Shown: in pieces, positions 38,496 to 51,077 of the stretch
How positions within the stretch are numbered: the stretch's first letter is position 1
How the letters are laid out: each line of letters begins with the position of its first letter
NCBI GenBank assembly: GCA_016748015.1
Contig: JAAOMT010000597.1
Span: forward strand, 783,181 to 847,180
Length of the DNA: 64,000 nucleotides
Origin: Geosiphon pyriformis uo1
Taxonomy: Eukaryota > Fungi > Glomeromycota
Direction of reading: 5' to 3'
Position numbers and translations under genes: made by a program
The notes under the pieces: model-generated
Told to the model about the DNA's origin: nothing
Database searches by the model: none
The model's input: only the letters and a program-made list of their open reading frames with translations

Positions 38496-41416
38496 ATGTC
38501 CGACTCCGATGCTTTAGAGCTGTACCCTGGTCGTGCAAGCAAGTTTTAGTGTATATAGCAAATCCGAAAATCATTAAGGTTGTTTTGTTTTTGGCAAATA
38601 CTAATTTTGTTCCCTTGACTAGCTCTGGTGGCCTACTTGAAAGGACATGATCCAAGCCTGTGGTCGTACTTTGACTTTCTGAGTGCAAATCACACTACTA
38701 TTGTCAACTCGACTCCATTCAGTAATAGGTGGGACGATATTGATAGTGCATGGACTAGAAGATTTTTAAAAGCAGTTCAAGAACTGTACCCCTTGTCATT
38801 CGATGTTATCAAGAGCAAGGTAATTTCGTTTCAATACAGTTGGCGAAAGGGGCCTCCTAACGAGTGTCACTTGTATCTGGAGGTTTACGGCGATCTCTCT
38901 GTCCCAAGTGATGTGTGGGAACACTCCTGGGTGTGTGTTACATTCATCAGGAGCATCGGGACTCTTCCTGGTTCCCACCCTTGCGACCCGCCTTGCTTTA
39001 CTTGTTTGGCTTGTTGATATATTGTGAAAAACATGTCTCTCTCTCTCTAATTATTCATTCTATTTTTAACTAGATGCATTTGGAGCATGCTAACCCCAGG
39101 CTGCGTTTGTTTTTTGATAGGGTGATAGCAGATAGGAAACGAGTAAGTTATGAATAAATATTAGTGGCGTTTAAGTTTATTATGGATTCGATGAAATCCT
39201 TTATCATTATTATTCATGCCTTCTTTCTTTTGATAGAATTTGATTAAGAACACGATTAAGGACAAGATAGATTTCACCGTTATAAATTTGTATGGTACTT
39301 CCACTAATGAAACTGGAGAAGAGCTTCAATCGTTATATCCGTCTAGGCACAGGAGGGACTATGAATACAATATAGTAAGATATTACCAAATAATGTAATC
39401 TCTGACCCAATATCTATTTAATCTGCTATTTATTTTGAAGCAGCTACCATCTCAGGAAAAAGATGGGGAAGAGAAGGACGTTGAGGACAGCGATCAAGGT
39501 GACAGCATTGAGGGCGAAGGTGGTTATGAAGAACAGGAAATGGGTGTGTCCAACGATTCACAGGAACAGGTGGGTGTTTCCGATATTGCCATCGATAACC
39601 TAGATAGCGATCTTGACCTGGAGGGAGTTGGTAAACGAAGGGAAGAAAAGAAAATTAAGGAAAAGTTGGTATTACAAATATTTTCTTTGTTTGTTCATTT
39701 TGTATAGCAAATATTCCATAGTATTTATTAATTTTATACATATCTAGCGACAACACAGATGTTGAGGAAATTTTGCATCAATTCAGTATAACTTATAAAA
39801 GTCTGGAAGCAGAAAAGAAGTGGACACTCAAGTCGGGAAGAAAAGTGGAGGACATAATATATAAATACGGATCAAAATTAAAAGATGAAGAGTAAGTTTA
39901 GCACTGTCCATTAGCATTTTCCTTGCTTGCATACAGATAACTTATGATTTTTATACTGGTGTTACAGCTTAGTGCATTCTTTTGTCATTAACGTGGATGA
40001 CCAAAAAATCCGTCATCTTTTCTCAAAAGATGAATGGAAGGAAATCATGATCATCAACACTGAGAGCAAGGGGGCACCAAAAATAGAAGAAAATCTCCTC
40101 AAATTTCTTTTGAGATATAGGAAGGCTAGTACCTTGGAAGATGTTTTGATCAATTCTTTTAACTTATCACTAACACATCATTATATAGACCACCTTTCGG
40201 GAGTTGCGCAAAGTCATTAGGGAATCCTCGTCTCTTGAAAACTGCAACTTCGATACCGATAAGTGGTTTGACTACGTCTGGATGAATAATTGCGTTAGCA
40301 ATTTGTGAGTTTTGGCTTCAGTGTCCTAACTTTTGTTGTTACGGTTCTAACAAGAAATTGTATTATTATAATAGGTCGACCTTATATGCCGTCAAACCAA
40401 ACGTCTTCCAAACCTCACATCTTGAGCGGTGGTACGATGTCAATATTTGGTCTTCTATAATCGACCAATGCATGTGGAATATCAGTGAATTGCAGCTCGT
40501 CCGGTAAATTGATGAGCATCACAGCTTTTCTGTCTTTGCTTCAGATTATTTCTTGTTCTAGTAATTCAGAAATTCGAACATCTAGAGGGGAGTCTTTCTC
40601 CATCGCAAGCACAGATCGGAAATCGAAAAACCGTAGCCTCGGCGATCGTAAACCTTTCGGTCGCCGCTGTGACGGTATCTTTCGCATGGAGAAAAGTCGT
40701 CAGGAATGTGGTGCATCAGAGCATGGACGATTGTTTCTGGGAGAAAATGGAACGAAGTTTTTGACGGATGGCCACAAACTGGCTAAAGTTATGAAAGATA
40801 TGTTTACGAGCCTCTCGATGGATCTATGCGTAAAGACTATGAAGGATATTGAGATCATTGCATATTTACATTCCGGTAAGTTAAATTTACGTGCATTATT
40901 TTGTTTTCTTTTTTCTTTTTAACATAACGTTAACACAATATGCTCTATTGCCAGAGAGGATGATGCAAATCTTTGTCGCCGACTATCCGGGTGGGTATTT
41001 AGTGCGTTTATGTAAAGGAAATGTCTTGCAGGTTCCGGAGACGCTGGACAAAATTGACGATCTTCTGAAATTAATGGCAACTGTCTTGTCCAGTAAGGTA
41101 AATCATTTACGATTTGCGATTTCTTGTAATTATGAATTTTGGCTGACCCACAGTCTTGGTTACTCCCTTTGCAAAGTTACGGATTATTCGCACTGTCCGA
41201 TTGTTACGGTCAGTCAGTCAACCTGAAGAGAAATCCAATGAAGAATTTATGGGAGAATTGCTACTGGACATCGCCCAGATTGACCGTTCCAACTCTAGCA
41301 AAACCGAAAGATATATTCAAATGCCGGACACAGCCAAAACACCTTCAAAAAAGCGCAGAACCATTCCCTCATCTCATGTCTCGACATCGCCTCCACCAAA
41401 ATTTTCAATTAAGTGA
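38496..41416 (+). CDS. PD-(D/E)xK (restriction-endonuclease-fold)-like protein of a family expanded in Mucoromycota, ~12 exons, intact
   Basis: Manual splicing gives an uninterrupted frame: MSDSDALELYP..WSYFDFL..WTRRFL; acidic linker; KKWTLKSGRKVED..LVHSFVI..FSKDEWKEI; HLERWYDVNIWSSIID; RGESFSIASTDRK..GRRCDGIFR..ECGASEHG..TKFLTDGHKLAKVMKDM; C-terminal TPSKKRR. The E...D...ExxxxE spacing fits a REase-fold active site (inference). Confidence 0.72.
38842..38992 (+). ncRNA. Candidate structured RNA within intron 2 (38820-39073) of the nuclease-like gene
   Basis: GC-rich relative to all other introns; five to six nested stems found by eye, with G-U pairs only on the sense strand. Confidence 0.5.
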
Positions 41417-41635
41417 GAATATTGTGCAAATGGGTTTCACTAAGACGATTGCTCTGGGTAGACGCTGATGTTACAAAACGGATAGAGCGATCCTGCTGAA
41501 AGATTGAAGAAATCTTAACAAAAAGTTATTAGATTAATATAGAATAAATAATAATAATAATAATAATAATGACTAAATAAAAAAATAAATTATATAAAAT
41601 ACAATATTTAGATTTTTTTACTCATAGCCCATATA

Positions 41636-41651
41636 TACACGTGACTAGCCA
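41636..41651 (+). repeat. 16-bp direct repeat TACACGTGACTAGCCA, right copy
   Basis: Identical to 37730-37745. Confidence 0.9.
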
Positions 41652-41789
41652 CCAAGCCAATCAAGACTAACTAAAACAGATCTAACATTTCATACCCATA
41701 TTTAGATAACTCAGCACATCAGTATTAAGCCGTCCTCTCAAGTTCGGCCAACCACAACCACAGCTGCGACCAACTCCTGAATATTAGAT

Positions 41790-44300
41790 TATATAAAATA
41801 AAAATAATAAATTAACATTTAATTAAACAAGTTTTTGTTTATATTTAAGTTTTGCAATAAAAGTTTATTATTAAAATTTTAACAGGGAATATTAATAAAA
41901 TTGTAAAAAGTTAGAAATTCAAATTTATATTTAGAGTTTATTAAGCAATTCCGAGATTTTTGGAATTTTTATTAAATTTATTTTTGAAAATAAAAGTTTT
42001 TAAATACATTAAATAAAAATACTTGAATTAAATTTTAAGTAAATTAACATATTTATTTATAATTAAATGTGATTCAATTGTTAGCATAATGGGCTTGTGT
42101 TGGTAAAAATACTTATTTTATCTATAAGACTTAAAAATTGACATTCTGGTTTTTTATTTATTGGAAATATTTTTTAAATTTGAATAGTTATTTTTATAGC
42201 TTTATAAAAAGTTTTTACTGAAATTCTTTTAATAATTACTTGTAAATCTAAGCATATACATACAGATTTCCCATTGATGTTTGCAATTACATTATTTTTT
42301 TAGTAATTTAGTTTGTAACAATTTTGTGTAACTTGAATTTAAAACTATTTAAATATATTTTTTGATTTTAAGAGTAAAATTTTTGATAAGTTTTTTTTTA
42401 ATTGTTAAATAATTAATATTTCAATGTGTAATTTTTTAAAATTTATTTTATTATATTATAAATTAATAACTCGAAAATTGATTAATTATTAACTTAGCAG
42501 AAATAAATTTTTCTTGATTTTTTTTGGGATCTAGAACTGTATTTATTTATTTTGAAAATTAAGCATAATACTATTGTGATTGAAACATTTATTAAAAAAA
42601 GTATAAAACAATTAATTTCAAAATAATTTGATATTAAATTTAAAGAATTTTACAACTGATGCCCAAAAAAATGAATTTAAAAAGTTTACAGCAAACACAT
42701 AAAACAAAAAGCATTTGAAAATTAGAAAACAAAATTATCTTTTTTAATAATTAATAAAAATATTTGATAATATTATTTTTAAAGTTATTTTAGTTTTTTT
42801 TTGTTTTTACTTGTCTTAAAATAGAATTTTTAAAGTTATAATCAAAGATACTTTTATTTAATAAACATTTTATTTATTTTAATTACAAAATTATATTCAA
42901 TAAAATTTTATTTATGTTATTAAATATTTTATTTCCAAAAAATAATAAACCATATTTGCTTCTGTTTAAATTTCTGATAGTTTTGTTAAGATTTAGCTTT
43001 TTGTGTTAATATTTGTAATATTTTTGTTTTTATTATAGTTTGTTACTGCTATTTTTACTGTTAAAAAAAAAACTGAACAAAAAGCTCTAAACTCTTTTGC
43101 TTGGATAATGTAAAAAAATATTGAAACAAGTTTGAATGGTGAAATAAAAAAATATTTATTAAAGTAAAAAGTCTTTACTAAGTATATGTGTTTAAGTAGC
43201 TTTTGGTAGTTAAAATATTAATAAAAAAAAGAAATGTTATTATTTTTGTGTAATTGAGTTATTTAAGATAAATTTTGAACTTTTTTTGAATAAAGTATTG
43301 AATCAAATATAATATTTACAAAAAGTTAAATTAAGAAATCCTTAAGTTTATTTTAACACAAATATTGTTTACACATTTTTTTTATTAATTTAAAAAAGTT
43401 TATAATTACCAAATTAAATGTATAATTTTTACAGCTTAAGCAATATCTAGAAAACATATTAAATATTTTTTAAAATTGATTTAAATGTTTTATGATTAAT
43501 TAATAATAACTTAGAATTCAAAGTTACATCAAAATAATTAAATAAGAAATATTAATAATTTAATAAAAATCGTATATATTGTTTGGCAAAACTAAAATAT
43601 ATAAAAACATTTTAAAAATTAGAAAAATTAGAAAAATAAGCAAATAATAAAATTAATTAAGAAAAATGATTCATTATATTTTGTTTAATTTAATTTAAAC
43701 GAATAGATAATCAAACTAAAAGTTTTCTTGTTTTATAAATATTTATAATTATAAATAATAATAACAATAATAATAAGTATTTTTTCTATTAATTAAAAAA
43801 CAAATTAATTATATTCTAATCAAAAAAATTTGAAAGAAATAAATGTTGAGTCATTAAAGAAGACGATTTAATTTTAAAGTTCTTATAAATTTAAATATTC
43901 CCGAATTTGTCATAAGTTGTATCCAGGCTCTGATGAAAAATATTGAAAAAACAATTAATATAATATTAATTAATAACTGCTAAAGAATAGTATTTAGGGA
44001 CTTTGAAATTTTTTCACCATTTTATATTAATACAGTTTATTGTCTAACATCAAAAATGGGGTAGAATAATAAGGTGAAAGATTTATCTTTACAAATTTTT
44101 AAAAACATTTTCATAAACTATAAATGAAAATTTGTGGGTAATTATTCTAAAAAGAAGTTTTTTAAATGTTAAATCATTTAAATTTGAAACCAGAATAAAT
44201 ATTTTGGTTAATAATAAAGTTAGTTTGCAACAATTCTTTTATATAGCCAAGATTTTTATTAATAATTAAGAATTCTTATGGTATTCATAATTTTGTGATG
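41790..44300. other. Extremely AT-rich, C/G-depleted tract (probable decayed mobile-element DNA)
   Basis: Very low GC, no ORFs of 60 aa or more in the track. Confidence 0.55.
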
Positions 44301-45280
44301 ATTTTCAAAAAAAAATAGTTACAACAGTGTTCAAAATTTTAGATAAGAAATAAGCTTTTGAATATAAGCCATGCTAATACTCAATTAGTTTTTTGGAAGA
44401 ATTAATTAATACCTACAAACAAATCGACAAAAACCTGTAAGGCTAAAATAATACTTATGAGGAAATTTCCCCGAAACTGATTCTGTAAAATCTACGTCAG
44501 AATGACAATTAGATATTTCGTAACACGTAGCCTGTATTACCATAATTTTTTGACGGAAAAATTCCCGGAATTTTTCCAATGAGAATTTTCCATTGAATGT
44601 GTTTGTTCAACATGGCATTATTCCTTCTCGAAAAAGGTTTTAGAGAATCATAGAAATATTGGAAAAAACAAATTTATTAATTTTATTTTTTTTCGGGTAT
44701 CTTGCAGGAGGATTTATGAAAAATTCTTATCAAAAATTTATCCGCATAAAGTTAATGCAAGCTTTTAGGTTGAGATTTTCAGGTTAAAAGAATGCTTTAA
44801 AACTCTCACTTGATCATCGGAAAAGTACTAATTCTTGCACGCACACAAAATTTCCTGGGAATAACTAATCGGACGATCAAAAAGCTTAGTTTTTCTCGCG
44901 GTGAAAGACATTGATTTTGAACTAACTATTTTTATAAAATTTAATCATATGCACGCTCTTCTCGACACGATAACTTCGTGCAGCTATCTTTTATTTTAGA
45001 GCTGCAAAATTCGAGCCAAAAAAAATTTCAGCATGAAAAACTTCAAGTTGAAAACGTAAAGGCCTTAAATTAAAGAAAATTTTGAAAGGCTATAAATATG
45101 AGTATTCGTTATAAGGACAAAAATTTTCTTTGTTAGTATCTCAAAACAGGATGTTTGTTATGGAAAAGAAAAAGTTCTTGCAAAAATGAGTTCCCTTTTT
45201 TTGGCTCATATTTTAAAATTATTTTACAAAACTTCTAAATGATAATTATATATGAAGTAGTGTTCCTTCTCTATTAATGA

Positions 45281-46566
45281 TTACAGAGTGTCTATGTTTG
45301 GAGCTGTTGGAGGACAATCAGGGATATTAACACCAGGTTTGAGCGTAAGATCAGGGTAAAAGAGTCCCCAACTTCCTTCTAAAATTGTAAATCGTTGAGT
45401 TTTCCATGGTGTATCATAAGCTTCAAACCAAAAATATTTGTACTTTTTTTCATTCGCAAAACAGATAAACCTATTAAGAAATGTGTTCAAATTTTCTATT
45501 GAAGCGACAGCCTTCTTGTTGGAAAGTCCCTCAGTTGGCCAACCAACCTCTGCGATTACAGATGGTTTTTTTTGTTTGTCAGCAAAATACGAATCGTTTT
45601 GTTCGAAAAAGGTAATGGTCCAGTTTGTTCCAGCTTCAGCCGAGATACCGGCAAAATATGGATGTACATTAGCAAACACCACATCACTAGTTGCCACAAA
45701 TTCTTGACCGACTTTCGAGCCAAGATCCGATGTGAAAACTGGGACGTTACCACCGCCTGGAAGTGCATGAACTTCTTTTCTAACATCACCGATTCGTCGA
45801 AAAAGTTCATCCTTACTTATCTCTTCTCTGAACAAAACTATTAATTGTAAATATATTAGAGTAGTTCAGAAATGTTTGGAAATCATTTCCATGAGACTGA
45901 AGAACTTTTTTGTAAAAAATTACCTTCATTTCCAACTGAAATTCCTTCGATATGTTTAAATCCATGCTGATTCAAATTCGCAATAAGATCGTCATGTTGT
46001 CTTTTATACGTTGTTTCATTGTTGTCGACCCAAATAGTTGGAATAACTGATACGTCAAGGTTTAAATACTCGACAGCTAGTAAGGTGTAATTCACCATGT
46101 TGCAATCCATCCCATAAAGTCGGATTCGCCGGGTTAACTGTGATAGAACTTTTATATCCTCAATAACATCTCCCAAAGTGTTTCCACATGAAGGCCAGGT
46201 AGCATTTACCGGCCCATAATTTAACCCATATAACGAATTCTTGTATTTATTATCTTTTTTAATTTTCAGGTCGACCGTTTTACCGTCCCATGTGAGAAAC
46301 GTTCGAGATGGATCGTTATTTGAGCCTGAATCATTATTTGAGTCTGGATTGTTAGAACCATCATTTTTAAGATTATTCTGTGTAGAATTTTTGGAATTAT
46401 TTTTGTTCTTACGAGAATGCGTAACTCCGAGCGCGATCCCAAGAACTATGCCAACTAATAATAAAATTCCAATGCCAGCGAGAATTAAACGATTTCTGAG
46501 TGATCTTTTAGATGTGGAATTTTGTTCAGGCATTGTGTTTAATAGATCTTGTTCGCTCGTTGGCAT
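45281..46566 (-). CDS. GH17 beta-1,3-glucanase/glucanosyltransferase, type II membrane (BtgC-like), 2 exons
   Basis: N-terminal TM helix; LYGLNYGP, RRIRLYGMDC, ISVGNE(VLFR), VFTSDLG, ANVHPYF, IAEVGWP, YFWFEAYDTPWK, EGSWGLF. Both catalytic Glu present. Intron 45923-45838. Confidence 0.93.
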
Positions 46567-49006
46567 TTCAGGAATTGTTGAGATAGATAGGTAGCGAAAA
46601 CCAACAATTTATATAGCAAAAAATCTAGGTGCTTTTGATCACCATTTTGAACCCACCAATCTGTCAATATAAATCTACCTGTCGTGACAATAAATCTTCT
46701 ACTCATGAACTGATTTTAGTTAGGACACGCCATTCTGACTTAATTTTCAAAACTATAGATCACTCGTGAAAGGTTTCGTCATCAAATATACAAAAATTTT
46801 GTTTCAATGCATTGTGAACTCATACAGGGTAGTGCCAAGACTTATCGGGAAATTCCGTTTTAATAAATTCCAGAAATTAGAAAACTGTTCATTTAATTTA
46901 TTTTAATCAATGATGATCAAGAGGGATAGCGGTAATAATTTTTAACTTTTTGTTAAAATGTATTTTGGGAAAAGTTCTTTCGAAAAATCAAATCAGCCCG
47001 TCTTCTACCATAAATTATTTGAAGATAACCTTTGAGTTCAGTAAAAATAAAATGCTATTAATTTCCAAATGAAATTTTGAAGAAAAAAAATTTCGTATCT
47101 GAGCAAAAAACATTTTTCTTTTTGGGAATCATAGATGATATCTTGAAATATGATCTTTTGTGTTTTAGTTAATTATTTGAGTGCTGAGAAGTTGATGAGA
47201 TCAGTTTTTCCATTCATCGATATTCTTTTCGAGCTAATCTAAATGTAGATAATTCTGGATTATTCTTTTTACCCTTATTAACCTAATCTGTGCCGTTTTA
47301 AGCAAAGCAATTATTTGACATGAGACATTAATGATCTCACTACTTAAAAAAATAGGGGAACAGATATTTTTAAGTTTTTTTCTTGAACTGCTTGGCTTTT
47401 TTTAATATTCTTGTTATTGCATCTATCCGGAATAATAAACAGAAGGATATTAAAAAGAATTTCTGGAAAATGATTGAGTTCATCTAACAAACAAAATTTA
47501 AATAAAGGAATTATTAATACCCAACCCATATGGTGTTTAAAGCTTCAAATCTAAATTAGGCAAAAATTTATTTGATAGAAAACCTTCCTTAAAGCGTTGA
47601 ATTTCGAATATAGTTTTAAGATCGGGGGAGGGAGGAGGGGTGGGCTGAGGAAATAAAAGATGGGACATTGAGATTTATTCATAATGTTTAAATTTCCGTT
47701 ACCTGATTTTCTAATTAAAAGTAGCAAGAAGGGAAATTAACTCTAAATGTTTGACATAATTTGACGTATTGTTTAATAATTTCTGTTTACTATTTACTTT
47801 TTTTTTTTTTTAAAAAATTCCAGTTGAATGAATCTTTCGTTAAAAATATCGAGTTTTTGAATTTATTTTAAAAATCTTGATATTTAACTTTTTTAAAGAA
47901 AATTTTATAAATTTGAAATTCTACTCGAACCTCAAATTTAAAATTTTATGAATGATTATAACTATTATATCTTTAATAAAAATTATTTAACACATAATTA
48001 AATTAAAATTTGATTTTATTTATTTATAAGAACTCTTGTTACCCCGAATTTATTTTGTATAAAAAAGATTTAATAAAAAACTCTTAATTAAAAATATTTA
48101 ATTATTTTTTTTTTTGTTAGTTATCGACCATGTTCAAAGGTTACATTATATATGTAATAAAAATACAAATAATTGCTTTGATAACTTTATAAAACTGTAA
48201 ATTACATTTTAAAAAAATAGAAATCAATTCATCTTTTTATGGGATTCTTATTAAAAAGGTTGAACGAATATTGTTTTCACATGATGAAAAAGTGTTTATA
48301 AAAAAAAAAAAAATTGATCTAAACCTTTTTTTGCATTCTAAAGAATATAAAATTTTGATGCATATTTAATTTCTAATAGTAATTACCTTTCTTTAGTAAA
48401 GATCTTTGAGGCTATAATTTTTTAAAAAATTCAAAAACAAATCGGCTAGCCCAAAATTCAAATATTATGCAAATGTTTATATATAAATAATTAAATAAGG
48501 TCTTCCCATAAAACGATTCAGATCTATGCTTAAATAGATTACGGGGAATACCTATAATTGGTCATCAAAATAGAAAAATTCTTTTCTCATTTCTCTAATA
48601 TTATGTTAATTAATTTTTTGATTATCTCAATCTTGGAAACATTTATATCGTTTTTTGATTACAATTGTGATTCTGGGGCCCAATTTTATTTTAGGAGTAC
48701 CGATTTTTCTGTTATGCGTTTTTTTTCTAAACTATTCCATAAATTTTTATCATTTCTCTTGATGAAAAAGAATTATTACTTTCAATTTCATATTTTTTTC
48801 TAAGTAAGTATTACTTTTTATTTCAAAATATTCACTTAAAACAATTTTTTTTTAAAAGCTTATCGTATACTAATTTGTTTTGTAATATTTATATATTAAT
48901 GTATTAAAAAATCAATTAAAATCTTCTCAATTCCTCAAAAAGTGGCTCTTGAATTTTCTTTATTTCAGAAAATTATAACCCTCAATTTTTTTGAAAGCAG
49001 AGTTTA

Positions 49007-49593
49007 TCAATAAACAATTATAGGGTTTAAATAATTATTACAATTTTCAAAGATGAACTTACTTGGTATTCGTGGTGCGAAATCATTGGTATGAGTCACA
49101 CGATAGACTGTTTGATTTTTAATTTGATCAAAGTTCTTTAAATGATTTAATAAACTTGCCAACTTAGAATCCCCAATACGGGGTTGACCAAATGTCACAA
49201 TTCTAACTGATATTTTACGACCTCGCAATATTTCTTGAATTTATGCATCCCTTGAGAAATTCGTAATTAATATGGCTCCTAATAGTGCTGCATAAGCTAA
49301 AAATTAAAATTTTTGTTTAAATATAATTTAAAAAATTTAGATTAAATTAAGCGTAAAAATTATTTGATCAAGTTTTATTTCTCACCTCCACCGATACCAT
49401 GCCCTGTAAATATTAAATTAATTATTCGTCCCGCTGTTCTCTCACTTGATTCTTTAATTTTGTCAATAAATCGGGTGATAATTATTTCCGAAAGCACATT
49501 TTTTAATTTAGAATCAATTGAAAAAGAATATTCTTCTTCTGTGTAAGTCTCTATGCTGACAGTGGATTTTTGAGTGGATAAGGATGATTGTGG

Positions 49594-49652
<59 letters not shown>

Positions 49653-50120
49653 GTGGTAATATTTCTGGTCCCCGAAAAAAAGGCGATTATATATCTTGTT
49701 TTTGTGTCTAATTCCATTCCAACTATAGAAAAAACCAAAAATTTTAGAGAATAAAAAATCTAAAAAAAGTGAGATATCAAAATGACCAAATAACCAACTA
49801 AAAACATCTTAATGTTCGTGCCCAATTGTATTTTTAGCTCCGCAATAAGGTTGATTCGCCTAACGTGCTGATAATGTTAATAGAGAGAAAACAGATAGAT
49901 CAACTACGCGCTGTTTTGTTGGTTATGACGAGGGTCCATCCGTTCTAGTAACTAATTTTTTTGTAGAGTGACGAGGAGGCGAATAGAATTGATGTATGAA
50001 TATATTTGAAGGTGGCTGAAGATTATTATCCAAAATTTGACGAGAATGTGATTTATCAAAAAATGAAATCGACACCATAAAAATAAAAGTCATAAAAAAT
50101 AAATAAATAATAAAGATTCA
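49007..50120 (-). pseudogene. Class-3 lipase pseudogene
   Basis: IIAFFSG, LIFTGHGIGG, YAALLGAIL, IVTFGQPRIGD, YRVTHTNDFAPRIP. Disrupted by an (ATC)n run and frameshifts; C-terminal exons not found. Confidence 0.78.
49593..49650. repeat. (GAT)n microsatellite inside the lipase pseudogene exon
   Basis: Direct observation. Confidence 0.9.
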
Positions 50121-51077
50121 AAATTATTCAAAGTTGTATATGAGAGAATTTTTATCTTTTTTTTAAAAAAATATATAAAATTGAAAATTTAAAAAAGTTT
50201 TAATACCTAAAATAATTATATTTAACTAAAATGAATTTTCATTAAGCTATTAACCTTACCTAAATTTTTTCTTTGAATTAATAGTCCTCAAAAGACTTTT
50301 GAATAAAATTTAACTGAAATAAATAAATTTTTCATTTTTTTTTTTTTTTGATGCATTAAAACTCATTTAAATAATATGAAATTCTTTAACTTGTTAAAAC
50401 TTATCAAAATATCTTCTAATTTATAAATTTTCACATTTATTTATTATTTTAAGCTTAATTTTCAAATTCATATTAAAAATCTATTGATAGGTAATTTATC
50501 TTCAAATTCTCAAAATTTATGTTTGAAAAATATACTACACTGAATTAATAAAACAATCAAAGTTTTAAAGATTCAATAATTCAATAATTCAACTTTGAGA
50601 TTTTATAAATCAATTTCTGTTTGTCTTATATTTTTAATTATTATTAAAAGATAGTTTTAAATTAAAAATTTTCATTTAGTAATTTTTTATTAGTCTTATA
50701 TTTTAAGCGAAAATTTAATTTCGTCTTTTTAACGATTAAATGATATTTTAATAATCCTTCTATATAGTTATTTCTATATATTTTTTGATATAATAATCAA
50801 TTGAAATTTTAACTCAATTTTTAAATTCATTAATACAATTTTTTAAACCTTAAATCTATATCCTTGGATTTTTTTTTACCTTTCGAGAATGAAAATATTT
50901 GTCCCGGGAAGATTTAAAATATTCAAGATTTGGTAAAAAGAAATATTAAACCTGAAAAAACTTGCATCTATAATCGTAAGAGGGCTAGCTGCTTTGACTC
51001 TTCATCTCCTTGTTTAACAGCCTAGAATCGTCAATGGTACAATTTTTTCCAAATTAAAAGGAAAGGGTCCCAATTCT

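Noticed and set aside
38845-38956. U11 snRNA, TPP riboswitch or hammerhead identity for the intronic RNA
   Set aside because: The 5' part (AAAGGGGCCTCC..GAGTGTCAC) superficially recalls U11, but no Sm site follows. GCGAAAGG lacks the upstream CUGAGA of TPP. The minus-strand CUGAUGA has no properly placed GAAA.
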